Assembly: GCA_030390025.1 (NCBI GenBank)
Contig: CM059438.1
Location: 87,110,001-87,174,000 of the forward strand
Direction of reading: 5' to 3'
Source of the DNA: Squalus acanthias
Taxonomy: Eukaryota
Length of the DNA: 64,000 nt
Positions 12,462-25,422 of this stretch are shown piece by piece. The notes under the pieces are model-generated. The model saw only the letters and a program-made list of their open reading frames with translations. It had not been told where the DNA came from and made no database searches. How positions within the stretch are numbered: the stretch's first letter is position 1; each line of letters opens with the position of its first letter. The position numbers and the translations under genes are program-made.

Positions 12462-12972
12462 ATCTATTGCCGTTCAGATAATAATCTGCCTTTCTGTTTT
12501 TGCCACCAAAGTGGATAACCTCGCATTTATCCACATTATACTGCATCTGCCATGCTTCTGCCCAATCACCCAACCTGTCCAAATCATACTGGAAGAGAAG
12601 AACACCTCCTTATTTGATCTTGCTCCCTCACCAGAGCTTGTAGGGAGGCCTCATCGAATCTTGGAGCACACTTTGGTCTACTGGTGGACATAATTGGTGA
12701 AGGAAGCGCTCAGAACAATGGGCATAAAGTTTAAAGGCTGAAAAAGAAGCAAGGCTGCTTGCAGGCCTTAAATCCAGCAGCATTGATGACGTCATCGGAG
12801 GCGACTTTCTGTATGAAAAGGCTCATTGGGCCAGGGGTTCCCACACGCTGGAAATCAAGTGCCCAATTAGGGCAAAATCACACTTTTGTCCCACTTTACA
12901 TCGGAGTCGGGATCCTGACACGACGACCACCTGACACGCCCCCAGCCTGCCCCCAATGACAAAATCCAGCCC

Positions 12973-14240
12973 ATAGAGTCTACAACACGGAAACCGGCCC
13001 TTCGGCCAGCTGGTCTGTGCCGGAATTTCTGCTCCATGAGCCTCCTCCCTCCTTTCTTCATCTACTCCTAATGGCATATCCTTCTATTCCTTTGTCCCTC
13101 ATTTTATTTTTTTTTAATTTATTCATTCACGGGATGTGGGCATCGCTGGCAATGCCAGCATTTATTGGCCTTGAGCTGCCTTCTTGAACCGCTGCAGTCC
13201 GTGCGGTGAAGGTACTCCCACAGTGCTGTTAGATAGGGAGTTCCAGGATTTTGACCCAGCGAAGAAGGAATGGCGATATATTTCCAAGTCAGGATGGTGT
13301 GAGACTTGGAGGGGGTGGTGTTCCCATGCGCCTGCTGCCCTTGTCCTTCTAGGTGGTAGAGGTCACTGGTTTGGGAGGTGCTGTCGAAGAAGCCTTGGCG
13401 AGTTGCTGCAGTACATCTTGTAGATGGTGCACAGTGCAACCATATTGCACTGGTGATGCAGTGAGTGAATGTTTTTTAAGGTGGTGGATGGGGGTGCCAA
13501 TCAAGTGGGCTGCTTTGTCCTGGGTGGTGTCGAGCTTCTTCAGTGTTGTTGGAGCTGCTTTGTCCTGGATGGTGTCGAGCTTCTTCAGTGTTGTTGGAGA
13601 TGCACTCATCCAGGCAAATGAAGAGTATTCCATCACACTGCTGACTTGTGCCTTGTCGGTGATGGAAAGACTTTGAGGAGTCAGGAGGTAAGTCACTCAC
13701 CGCAGATTACCCAACCTCTGACCTGCTCTTGTAGCCACAGTATTTATGTGGCTGGTCCAGTTAAGTTTCTAGTCAATGGTGACCCTCAAGATGTTGATGG
13801 TGGTGGATTTGATGATGATAATACCATTGAATTTCAAGGGCAGGTGGTTAGACTCTCTCTTGTTGGAGATGGTCATTGCCTAGCACTTGTGTGGTGCAAA
13901 TGTTACTTGCCACTTATCAGCCCAAGCCTGAGTGTTGTCCAGGTCTTGTTGCATGCGGGCACAACTGCTTCATTATCTGAGGAGTTGCGAATGGAACTGA
14001 ACAATGTGCAGTCATCAGCGAACATCCCCACTTCTGACCTTCATGTGCTTATCTAGCCTCCCCTTAAATGCATCTATGCAATTCGCCTCAACTACTCCTT
14101 CTGGTAGCGAGTTCCACATTCTAACCACTCTCTGGGTAAAGAAGTTTCTCCTGAATTTCCTATTGGATTTATTGGTGACTATCTTATATTTATGGCCCTT
14201 GTTTTGGTCTCCCCACAAGTGGAAACATCTCCTCTACGTC
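12973..14240 (-). mobile_element. Older CR1 3' fragment (host of the Harbinger and of a second LINE); tail end at ~7941-7957
   Basis: Tail ggccgaagggccggtttccgtgttgtagactctatg. ORF 14015-14218 reads GHKYKI...RRNFFTQRVVRMWNSLP. Interrupted at ~13103-14040. Confidence 0.8.
13103..14040 (-). mobile_element. CR1/L2-group LINE 3' fragment (clade not assigned) with an internal 45-bp tandem duplication
   Basis: RT C-terminal peptide PQSLS...KAQV.SVMEYS..AWM.A.PTTLKKLDTIQDKAA (duplicated at ~13509-13599) and an A-rich tail after gcgatgcccacatcccgtgaatgaat. Confidence 0.8.
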
Positions 14241-15729
14241 TAGTTGTGCAGTAGCTACTAATGGGTAAGCTTCAGACAGGTGGCGTTTCGAAAACAGAAC
14301 AGCTCGGACTAATCTGTGCCTTCACCAAACGTTACTGCCCAATCTAATTGCTAAAGTAAGACCTGCAGGTCAATGTAGCTGTGCTAAGCCCTGCCATGAA
14401 TCCCAGGCAGATAAGTTCTCCCTCTGTGAGGTACCACTGTGAGAGAGTTAACCATGGTGCGTCAAGGACAAACAAATGAAGAAAAGTGATAGATTGCTTG
14501 GCTGTAGGTAACCTGAAAATCTTTAGTACTTAACTTTAGTCATCATTCTTTGACTGAAGGTTATACTGCACATCTTGGTACACCAACCTGCTGTACTGCC
14601 ATGCTATTAGGATAGATGTTAGTGTTCCAACACCAAACATAAGCTTTAAAGTAAAGAGTGTAGGTACTTTTGAATAATAAGTACACATTATTTCCACTAC
14701 GCACCATACTCCATTGGCCCACAAAATGGTGGGCGGGCAGGCAGGCTGGTAGGTGACTTCTGCCAAAACCGCTCTGTAATGCACTACATGAGAGCTGCCT
14801 GGGCTGACTCCTGCTCTCTATCCAATCCTGACTGTGTGGAAGTACCTGTCCTCTGCCCTGCGCTCCCACACAAAGAACAGCTGTGACTAGAAGCTCAGTG
14901 AACGAGGATTTGTGAGCACAAATCCCCACTTTCTCCGACTACTTTGGCATTTTTAAAATCTTTTTTCAAAAACAAAATGACTCTGTCGCCAGGATGGAGA
15001 AAGAAACAGACTGAACACACAGGCGTGCTCGGCGGGTATCTCTTTGGCTGACATCACTCGATTACGTCCGCTTCATTGTTTTCCCACAGCAAATGGCTTA
15101 CCTTCAGGACTCTACAGAGGGGCAATTAAAAGCCGATTATTTTAAAAACCAATTTGTAGGGAAATCATAGTAATACCAGGAGCACATCTAGGGGTAAGTA
15201 CTTCAAGTACTTGCCCTTGGAGTTGCATTTTCCGATAAGCAAATCCTACTCCATTCATATAATTGTGTTTGTGTCTACTTGTTATTGCTGCCATTCTTTC
15301 CTTGTCATCTGGGACATGTTTTTCATGGAGACAGTATTATTGACACAATCCTCCAAATACTTGGGAGGAAAAAAGCACATTTAAGAAACTTTTTAACAAT
15401 TGCCTCTTAATTGTCTAACTCACCATTTCTTTCAGTTTAGCTTCTTGTGTACTGTAGCCTGGTGCCACAAACTACTTGAACTAAATTTTCTGGATTTATT
15501 TGTCATTGTGAATCTATAATAATACAGTATTAAAATGTCATTGTTTAAGGAAACCATATCTATCGCCACTAACTAGGATTCCCAAGTAGAGTTTTACATT
15601 CAGTACAAAAATATTGTTCATCAGATTGCTCCATTTGAGAGCAATACTGATACAAGCTTGTTTCCTCCACTGATTTTTGTTTATTTATCTGAATGGTGCT
15701 AAATTCCTTGTATGTTCTCATATGCATGT

Positions 15730-16200
15730 CATTTTGGACACCCTGCGTTCTAAAGGGTATTGATGCATTGGAAAAGAGCAAATGGGATGATTCGAGAACT
15801 AGGGACTCTTAAGACATGAAGAAAAACTCTTAGCACTCAATTTATTTTCATTGGAGAAAAGATGATTGATGAGACAGACATGAACCACGTCTTCAAAATG
15901 CTGAGGAACATTGATAATGTAAATGCAACCAGGTCGCAATTTGGACGGCGAGTAACGAACTGGAGGACACATACAAAATGAAGAAGCCTCAAGTGGAAGT
16001 TAGAATATTCTCTTCACCCAACCCCCGCCCCCCCCCCCTCCCCCTCACCAGCCCTGCGGAGTAGTGGATATGTGGAGCAGCCTCCCAGCAAAAGCAGTTA
16101 ATTACATAGTGATTAACTTGCTTTTTGTAGAGAAAAAAACAAAAAAGGCTGAATGAGTGTGTAGTTGGGTGTGGGATTGAAAGTTATAGGAATAAGGAAA
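15730..16200 (+). mobile_element. Highly degenerate CR1 fragment
   Basis: Remnants of the gatgcattggaaaag, ttttcattggagaaaag, gtcttcaaaat, ggacac..acaaa and tgtggagcagcctccca motifs in CR1 order. Confidence 0.55.
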
Positions 16201-16789
16201 AGAGATGCTCAAATATTTCATCCACAATGATATTCCTGTACTGCTGGACTTGTGGAATACAGTTCTGGAAAACAACAGGCCGCAGTTAAATAATACGTTG
16301 CGATGTTAGTGTCATATTTTAGAGATTTCATACAAATAAGTGTACTTTTGAGGTCGGGTAAAAAAAATTGCAGAACTTCTGCTTAGGAGATTTCAGTTCA
16401 AAGTTCACCAATCTTGCACTCCCAGCTTGGAGGGAGTACAGGTCACAGATAGGGCCCCAACACTGTAGTGCCAATTCTCCAAACCTTTGTGCACTCCCAG
16501 TAGGAAGTCTTGCTCAGTCGATGAATTTACCCTTAAATCTATTAAGTCAAGTCCATGATGGGACAGTTTATCCCTGGACTATAAAAGAAGCGACTGTTGG
16601 GCCTAATGGCCTTTCCTTACTTCATGCTTTCTTGGATTCTTCACAATGTATTTACTCTATCGGTGACAAAGACTACTTGATGCATAAGTGAATTATACAA
16701 GTGGAATAAATATTCAACAATATATCTGATGGGATCACCTGAGTCAAATGGCTAATTACTAACTAGCTTCAAAAGCTTTGAAAAAGAAA

Positions 16790-17688
16790 GATTCGCATTT
16801 ATATAGCTCCTTTCACAACCTCAGGACGTCCCAAAGCATTTTACAGCCAATGAAGTACTTTTTGAAATGTAGTCACTGTTGTAATGTAGGAAATGCTGCA
16901 GCCAATTTAGTTACGTGGATAGACTGGAGAAGCTGGGGTTGTTCTCCTTAGAGCAGAGAAGGTTGAGAGGAGATTTGATAGAGGTGTTCAAAATCATGAG
17001 GGGTCTGGACAGAGTAGACAGAGAGAAACTGTTCCCATTGGCAGAAGGGTCGAGAACCAGAGGACACAGATTTAAGGTGACTGTCAGAAGAACCAAAGGC
17101 GACGTAAGAAAAAACTTTTTTACTCAGCATGTGGTTAAGATCTGGAATGCAATGCCTGAAAGGGTGGTGGAGGCAGATTCAATTGTGGCTTTCAAAAGGG
17201 AATTGGATAAGTACCTGAAGAAAAAAAAAATTGCAGGGTTACGGGGAAAGGACAGGGGAGAGGGACTAGCTGAAGTGCTCGTGCAGAGAACGGCTCAGGC
17301 TCAATAGGCTGAATGGCCGCCTTCCGTGCTGTAACCATTCTATGATTCTAATTTGCACACAGCAAGCTCCCACAAACAGCAATGTGACAATGATCTTTTT
17401 TTTAGTGATGTTGATTGAGGGATAAATATTGGCCAGGACACTGGAGATAACTCCCCTGCTGCTCTTCGAAATAGTGCCATAGGATCTTTTACGTCTACCT
17501 GAGAGGGCAGACGGGACCTCGGTTTAACATCTCATCTGAAAGACAGCACCTCCAACAGTGAAGCACTCCCTCAGCACTGCACTTGAGTGTCAGCCTAGAT
17601 TTTTGTGCTCCAGTCTCTGGACTGGGACTTGAACCCACAACCTTCTGACTCAGAGACGAGCCTGCTACCCACTGAGCCACGGCTGACA
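16790..17688 (-). mobile_element. Deu-domain SINE split by a CR1 insertion
   Basis: Head at 17688-17620, Deu core, and tail at 16790-16908, homologous to 6161-6594. Confidence 0.88.
16909..17349 (+). mobile_element. CR1 LINE 3' fragment
   Basis: ORF DRLEKLGLFSLEQRRLRGDLIEVFKI...GHRFK, tail ggctgaatggccgccttccgtgctgtaaccattctatgattct, and TSD aattt. Confidence 0.92.
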
Positions 17689-20599
17689 CAGTAATATTAC
17701 TGGGTTGTACATTTTAGGTTTCTTCTGCTAACAACATGCTGTGTTGTCCTTGGGATCAAATATTGTATTCATGCAAAGGGAAAATTCCTGGTTTTTAAAA
17801 AAGCAATCCACAGTAGAAGGTAATTTTTGAGTTTGGTAAATTAACATGAATTGACTAGTCTCATTTCTTCCAGTATAATGTCCTGATATACTTTTAAGTA
17901 ATCCAGTGTAATATTCTGGTCCTTCCATTCAATAGGGAAAATCCATTTAAAACGCCAAAACTTGATCTTTACTCAGAAAGTCAAAACATTTGCGGTTTAT
18001 AGTATGTTCCTAAAAATGTATTGAATTGCAGCTCATGCCTTCTACATTGCAAAGTTGAGACGTGTATTACTTTAATTAGTCAAGTTTTTCTGAGAAATTA
18101 AGCTTCAGACAATAATTCGTGGGCTGCCATCTCTTGTCTCCCCAGCATTTAATGTGCACTGCTGGAGTTCGGTATCTAGAGCAGCTGGGCTGGGCCTGCT
18201 ACATTAAGCAGGTATCAACTGATTCTCTTTGTAATTGAATGTTGTATTGATTAATGAAATGACAAATGGAGTATTTGGATACATTAAGCCATCAAAATGG
18301 TACTACTTCCTGGTTAAGCGTGTAGTCGGCGTCTTGCATAGTAATGAGGCGACATCCTACTATTGAAAGTAAAGCTACATTTCAATAGCTGGTGAGTTAC
18401 TGATACAAGATCTGCAGAAAAGAGCACATCACAAATGACCCACTCAAATGCATTTATTTCATTATGAATTTGTTTTTAATGGATTATAATTAATTGACAC
18501 GGCATATTTGTCATTGTATTACCAGAAACTCTTTTGAAAGAACTGTAGAAAAATAATTGAACTGCACAAGGCAAAGGATTCAGATAACCGAATAAACCAA
18601 ACAACCTTAGGACATCACAAGCACCCTACTACTGTTCAAAAAATAATTTGAAACCTCTTTTTGATCATTTTCAAAACTTGCTGGGGACAGGGTGGTGTCT
18701 GCAGTTCCATGGGATGATTGTGTGTGGAAATAAATAGGTGGATTATTCCTGTGCGTTATAGGAACACTGGGACAGATTTTCGACCTTATCATTCATTCTG
18801 TCTAGTTTTATTGTTACTAGACCTGATATTGTTACTAGACCTGGTGCAACATATTCTGAGAGGTGAGCAAAGTGACTACTACAGTAGTACTAATATGTTG
18901 TCGTCTTTTAAAATGCCTGTAATATTCTGCATTAATTGGGTAACCTTGCTCAGCAAGCATGATGATACCTCGTGTGACAGAAGTATCAAACTTGTACAGT
19001 AGGGGGTGTTTTTCAGAGGCTGAAGTAGGAGAACTTCTAACTATGCCAGACCACGGCTGGGTATGCATGATGCTGTCACTGTGTATAAAGACGGAGAGTT
19101 TTCATCTCTAAATACTTCACTTTTTAGCAAGAAAAGAACAATTATGATAAATCCTGTATATTTTCACACTATTTAAGCTATTCTCACTGGACCTAAAATT
19201 AGACCTGAGTCCTGTGAGATCTTGTGGTGCACTTATATTGAAAGTACAGTTTGACACCAGCACTGTTTTTTGAATCGTGCAAGTGGTCAGTATGAACACT
19301 ACAAATCAAACAATTCTTATGGATTAGAACAGCCATTCAGTCCACCAAAGCTCATCCCTCCAGTATGCCAACATTTTTACTATAGCATCCAACCTCATTT
19401 TCTGCCTCTACTACCCTGCCTGGCAGATCGTTCCAATAATGTATTTCTCTCGCAGTAAACACATCTTACTCTTTATACAAATTCTTCCCAATACAGTTTT
19501 AAAATGATTTCTCACTAATTTAAATGTATGTCTGCTGTTCCTACTGTTGAATAGTAAACATGGCGAAGTGTATTGATGTTGCTGTGCTGCTGATTTGTAA
19601 GGTGCCGGTTCTTAGCTGTGTGATCTTTCCCACACAGTTCATTCACCTCTTAGCTGGTCTGTCTGGGAATGGCAAGTCTCTCGCCCGCCAGGAAGGTGAG
19701 CTGTTATGCTACCTCCTTACACCACTTTCTAATTGGGCAGTCGAAAGTACTGTGCATGCATACTTAAGCATGCATACAATGCTCTGTTCACTGGCCACCT
19801 GGTGAAAATCGTTTACTTTCATTGAATATTCAATATGAAACTTTACGGCACTTTGCACCATTTGAAAAAGTTCAAAATTCAGCTTTGCACTGATTGCAGT
19901 ATAACTGCAAACCAAGCTGAGGCTGAAGCGATGTGACGTCATGTCCCCCAAACGCAGAAAATGTAAATTACCACTTTAGCACTGGGGAAACTGAAATTAT
20001 ACTGCATTTCTTGTGTAAGCTGCATCACACCTAAGAGCACAATATATACAGTATTACAACCCTATCAGTGCTGTACTAAATTTTCCAGTAAGTGCAATAG
20101 GGGCTGTGGTAGGGCGTTCCTTCTTTCAATACCATTGCTGTGTGTTCGAGCTAAATAATGAAAAAGTGCTTCCATTTTGAGGATGAAAGCTGTTGATATA
20201 GTGAGCGTGTACAATATGGTTGTGCGTTGTGTTGATTTGTTAATGTTGCTGTGTCATTGCTGGCTTGTGGCTGTGACCATTCAGTTCCAATCGCTGCTGC
20301 TCTGTTTGGGGAAAGACAGGCCAGTTGCCCTTGAGGTGTGTGAAATAAATTGAAGGAGAATATTACCTATGGCATTCTTGCATGCCGCCTGCTATCCCCC
20401 TTGAGGCCTGGGCACTCGCTTGGTCAAAAACTGAAGTGAAGCGAATTAACAGATTAATTTAAAAAGTAATTGCATTTTGTTTATGACGCAGTTAAGCACG
20501 TTCCTTTTTTTGCCATTTTATCTCAAAGACGCTGATTTGTTACTGGAATTATGGTTCCACTGGTGCTGGGTAGCCCTCTGTTACTTTTTCATGTCTCGG

Positions 20600-20905
20600 T
20601 CTAGAATTTGGCAAACTTAGCAACCGAGGAGGGTGTCACAGCCCAGCCTTATTCTGACCGTGCCCAACTTCCACCCACATTCACATTCCAGCAGGTCTCA
20701 CTTGATCAGAAGCAGGCCAACTTGTTTCTTTTCCTCCTCACTACTCCAGGGGCATTGAGACAATATGTTACCAAGCTTACTACTGCCTTGGGTGAAATCA
20801 GCTAACTCAGAGCAGACGGGGGATCAGACCTGGGACCTTCTGGTCTGTGGGACTTAATACTATTTGCTTAGTACTACACTAGGCGGCACCTATACCCACA
20901 GAGCT
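20600..20905 (-). mobile_element. Old tRNA-derived SINE family member (related copies ~23550-23790 -, ~32220-32400 +, ~34205-34400 -)
   Basis: Shared motifs across copies: ctgagcca..cagaccaggaag, tgatctcagcca.ggcag, ctgctggaa..gtg. Confidence 0.5.
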
Positions 20906-21001
20906 ATCAGGAACTGGTGCCCATCTTGTACCTTCAATTTTACTGCGTCAAGGACGGGCATGATCACTCGACCTGTTTATTATGATTATTTTAAAAGATT
21001 T

Positions 21002-21187
21002 GGGGGTAGAAATTCGTCTCGGATAGTGGTGCAAAACGTGCGGTATCTGATCGGCCGCCCGTTATACGCAGTGCTAGATGTTCAGTTTCACTGACTGCAA
21101 TAGAACTGAATATCAGGCTCTGCGTATAACAGGCGGCCAATCCGATACCGCCCGTTTTGTGCCACTGCCCGAGACAAATTTCCACCC
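21002..21187. mobile_element. Palindromic MITE (Harbinger-like ends)
   Basis: About 65-bp imperfect inverted arms (gggtagaaattcgtctcgg...gttatacgcag / tgcgtataac...ccgagacaaatttccaccc). Confidence 0.8.
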
Positions 21188-22468
21188 TTTTATCTCCAAA
21201 ATGAAAACAAATTAATTTTGAATGAGCTTTCCTTAAATAAAGAATTGTAGGGGGAGGGGAAAGCACCTGCATCTTAAATTCATGGTCTCAAATTACGGCA
21301 TTGATGGGACCATGTGACATATAATTGGCTGATTTTTATAAAGTGAAAAACTATTATAACTAGGCAATAATAGATGTGTTTTGTAAGTCATGATGTATAT
21401 ATGATTGATCAAAGTACTGTGTAGCACCTTGTGCTAAAGGTGATTGTGTCTTCTTCAGACTCATTAAAATCGGAACAGTTATTGTTGCTACCCAATCTTA
21501 TACTGTGTGTGAAGGGCTTAAATCCCACTCTATATCCCAGACAAATATCACTTGCAAGTCCCTGATTAGACCCAATTTCTGCTGGAATCCACAGCAAGCT
21601 CTTAGCTCTTGATGGAGGCCATCTTCAATATAAAAGTGGTTATTAGAATTCTAAAACCTTTCCACCAGTCAGCCCCCCGATCTATTCGAAGACGTGTAAC
21701 ACATTGTATACAATATCCAGCTCAGGGATCAGCAGCTGAATCTGTGTTTGCTCAGTGCTCAGAAGGATTTCCACTCTTATTTGGTGCTGGCTGCTGAGTT
21801 CAATCTCATGCCAGCAACTGTTACACTTTCTCATTAATTTTAAACAGTAAAAAGGAAAGAAAAAACATACCTTCCATTATTAAAAACTTTATTCCTTTAA
21901 TAACATGATGCTAGGTCCTCGGGGAAAGGTCAATCATCCTTTAAAAAGTAATTTGACATTCATATTAAAAGCTGAGAAATTGCAAGAGGCACTGGGTGGG
22001 AGCTGTTGCAGTCCACAAATAACACCAAGCTGTCTTATTCTATGTGATCTTTAGCGACATTATATTATTTCTTTTCAGTAATATTGAAGGGATTAACCTC
22101 CGTGCCCCTTTGTGATTATTCTGTAATTTTCTTGTTATTAAATCTGCTATAAACCCATCCATTATTTCTCACTGAAATACTCATTGTTTAGTTAACCCTT
22201 TGAGGACTGCAGTGCTGTTTGTCAATTAGAATGAAAGTCTAGCACCAATTAAGACTTTAATTTTATTTTGAAGTGCTCAGAGAATACTGACTGAAGAAAC
22301 ATTGTTAGATTTGGGGTGTAATTCTCTCTATATTTACTTTAGAAATGAGTGCTTATTATTGCCACAGATGTTGCATGATGGATAACCCAGGTGTATTCTG
22401 CAAGTTTCAAAAATAAATGAACTTCAATAGTTAATGAGCACCTTTTTTTTCCACTCACGCACACACAG

Positions 22469-22577
22469 TCGGATGGTGTTATCCTGCAGGAAGTAAGGGA
22501 ATCGGCAACAACCTTGCAAAAAGAGTATGAGAACTATGTCCATTCATCCAAAGAAACCCTCCTGCAAGCCAAGAAAG
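22469..22577 (+). CDS. DDX31: DDX31 internal coding exon
   Basis: Acceptor cctttttttt...acacacAG and donor GTcagt. Translates SDGVILQEVRESATTLQKEYENYVHSSKETLLQAKK (human [21 protein letters not shown]...AKK as recalled). 109 nt, phase 0 to 1. An alternative in-frame AG lies at 22488-22489. Confidence 0.88.
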
Positions 22578-24659
22578 GTCAGTTGCCATCTACTGCTCTT
22601 TGGTTATAACCCTATGAAACCATTGGTGGTTTTTCATGAGCAAATGAGAATTAGAGCTTTTTATAAATGGAGACCTTTTATTAGTTCATCATTAATGAAG
22701 AAACTAGCACTTAACACATTTTTCATACACAAACACGACAAGGAATAGAATAATTTGATATCCACCGTTTTCTAAACTAAGAAACTGAAGAAGGGATCAT
22801 GGATACAGCGTTAAATCCACATCAGTACCAAATAACTAATTGGTAAACTTAGACTGAACAAGTCAAGGCTCTGGAGCAGAACTGGATGATCCTATACCAG
22901 TCACTGTTTGCATATATCTTGTGGAATTTTTTTTTGCAATGCCTGTTTTACCAGTACTGAACAAACTATTTGATTTGTTGCTATCACGGAGAGTACAGAA
23001 CACGTTACTCAACTTACAGTAATCATTGTCACAACCAAAATACCTCCTAATATCTACACTCCTCCTGTTGGATTATACGTTGGATATTAATCTTTAGTCA
23101 CACGGATCAAAATTAGGAGACCATGTTATTAATCAATGCATGACTCTGTCACACCTGTATTTACAGGCAAGGCAAACAGGTGTACTCCAATTTCTAACAC
23201 GTAGAAAATGATGGTGCCAAATTTTTTTGAATTCATTTTTTTATTTACTGGCCCAGCCATTGTGATTCATGGCTCCCTCCAGCATAGAGGATTTCAATGC
23301 ATAATCTCCTAAATAGACTAATGTGACATTTAAAAAAATATATAAATATGGAATGTTGCAAAGTTATACATAGTGTGTGCAGTGTTTCATGAGTAGTTTA
23401 ATAGTCATTTAATTTGCACTTGTTAGCAAACAATACATTAAATGCACAGCAAAACCCGATCCTAGAGAAGAAATTGTTCTGGTTCTTTTTAAATGCATTT
23501 ACATTGATTGTACGACCGGTGCAGTTCTTGCTCTTCCCTGTCCTCACCCCACATCCACAGGAAGCAGCTAGATAGCAATCAGTAGTGGTAACCCTGGCTG
23601 ATTTTTTTTTTCTCTTCCCTCTTCCAACCTCTCCCCACAACACACGATCCAGGACGCTGAGGCCAAGTCCTTCTGCTGCCCTGGCTGTGCTCAGCTACAC
23701 CGATCAGGAATGAGACGTATGACCTTCCTGGTCTGAATGGCTCAGTTCCTCACTAAGCATTGCATTTACTGACTCGGCCATTGGGGGAGCTTTTTTTTAA
23801 GCTGAATTAATGGCAGCCTGAACCAGGTCCACGTAAATCATTTACTGCAAAGTGAGGAAATGTTGAATTCAAAGTAAATTTGATGTGTCCTCTGCCTGCG
23901 TGTAAAAATCTGACTGGAAAATGCTTCATTTCCCATTCTGGCCATCCCTCGTCTTAAGGAGTGCATGTGCGCGATAAAGAGGTGAATGAATTATTTAAGT
24001 GCTTAGAAGGCATTGCAGCTTTAACTCAGATGGTATTGATCTGAAATAAGCGCACTTTTCCTTGTAAACAGAGCTTTAAAATATTCCCTAGGTCCTGTCA
24101 GCCACAAATCCATAAAATGACACATTTTATTACTGTTCATAAACACTGACGTGCTGCTACTCTGACTCAATTCTACTTAAACTTTGTGCAAACAGGTTTT
24201 CAGCTGAAGTTCTCCACTGTAGAAAATGTCTGTGACTGCAGTCCATTATCTCTGGATATTTTTCCAATTGTATTTTTCTCGATCTGCTATTTAGGCTTGA
24301 TTTTAAACAAGCTATTTCAGTATTAGTTTATAGTTCTATCTCATTATATTTCTGTTTTAAGCAGTGATCCAATTTCCTTTTCGAAGGATACTGTACCTTG
24401 ATACTCTGGCTGGCTGTACCTCTCTAATGTGTTGGACTTGATTTCCCGTTTTATGTATAGTGTGTGTTTTTATTCAGCATATTCACAGCTCAAGTGTAGT
24501 GCTAGGATCTCTCTCATTCAGAAGGAGCCCCTAGTCAGCTGCTTTACAGCCCCTCCCCTGCACCAGTTTTCCCACTCAACCCTCAGCTGTGTTTTGTACA
24601 GGAGATATTTGTGCTCATCAAGTGAAGGATGTCCTTTCTGGGCAGTGGAACATTCTACA

Positions 24660-25010
24660 CCTAGTCTCCGGTAATAAGTACTCATCTATCCAGTACAGCA
24701 CAGGTTAGAGGCAGAGAAAAAAATGGTTTTCTATCCTGGCCCAACGTTGGTGTAAATGCCAACTTCAGAACATCACTCTTGCTGCACTAGTATGAATTTT
24801 CCACTTCACACACAAGCATCCAGGTGGCCTAACAGGATTATTGAATTGTGGATATGTTTGTGCCCCTGCCCCCAGCCCCTTCAGATATTGATATACCCAT
24901 GTAGACCCTTTACAGAATCCAAGAAAGAAGACTTTCATCCTATCAGCCTAGAGGTGGTTCAAACCCAGATACCAGAGGAGAAAAGACTTTGTTCTTATCT
25001 ATTGGTAGCA
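24660..25010 (-). mobile_element. Degenerate LF-SINE-like element
   Basis: The minus strand has head-like ttttctcctctggtatctgggtttgaa...gaaagtc and a 3'-like ctgtgctgtactggatag. Confidence 0.4.
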
Positions 25011-25422
25011 CCTGGTGTGTCTCTCTTTTTTTTTGAGTAACCCATTTAAAAAAAAAAGATGACTTGGCAATATTTGATGTTCCCTTGCTTATAGTTTCCA
25101 ATATCTATTAATCTTAAAAATTATGAAGTTTCTGCCTTGTGAAAGCCGTGCACGGAATACTGAGCGTGGAGTTCAGCACTGCAAAGGATTAAAGTACATG
25201 CATTGTTGGGGGCAGAGTGAGTAGATTTGTGAATCCTTCCCATTGACTGCAGGCGATACCAAAAAGAAACAGTTGAACCTGGAAGCGACTTGCTCTTTAT
25301 TTTCTGCTGCAAAGAAACGTCCTGCTCGCTTTTTATTCTCTTTGTGTTTTTCTGGCTCTTAACTCACAATTTCATCCTTCAGTAAGTTCTCTTGTGGAAT
25401 TACACCCCAAACTAACTAGTAA

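Larger units (their letters stand above)
10948..12590 (-). mobile_element. CR1 LINE 3' fragment inserted in the Myb gene and itself interrupted
   Basis: ORF 11060-11746 has QRDLGV, LYRALVRPHLEYCVQFWSP, RRMRGDLI and FFTQRVVNLWNSLP. CR1 tail ggccgaatggcctactcctgctcc. Short TSD ggaa. The element resumes at 12462-12590. Confidence 0.92.
8931..12691 (-). pseudogene. Harbinger Myb/SANT-like (trihelix) DNA-binding protein gene, spliced and disrupted
   Basis: Exon 1 is 12691-12591 plus 10943-10806, split by a CR1 (MSTSRPKCAPRFDEASLQALV...VFFSSSGRKK...W.QVA.EVNA...RTW.QCRKRFHDL, one frameshift). Exon 2 is 10486-10327 (EKRAHNKRERARTGGGP). Exon 3 runs from 10174 in one frame to 8931 with several in-frame stops. 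GT-AG phases are consistent. Confidence 0.85.
7958..12972. mobile_element. PIF/Harbinger DNA transposon (deleted transposase, decayed Myb/SANT gene, nested insertions)
   Basis: TIRs gggcttgattttgcca and (rc) gggctggattttgtca. 3-bp TSD ATA at 7955-7957 and 12973-12975. Convergent transposase remnant (+) and Myb/SANT gene (-). Removing the element restores a CR1 3' tail. Confidence 0.85.

Noticed and set aside
3424-20400. Shared 13-mer cctgctatccccc at ~3427 and ~20388
   Set aside because: Too short to establish homology; it could be chance or a single shared factor site.
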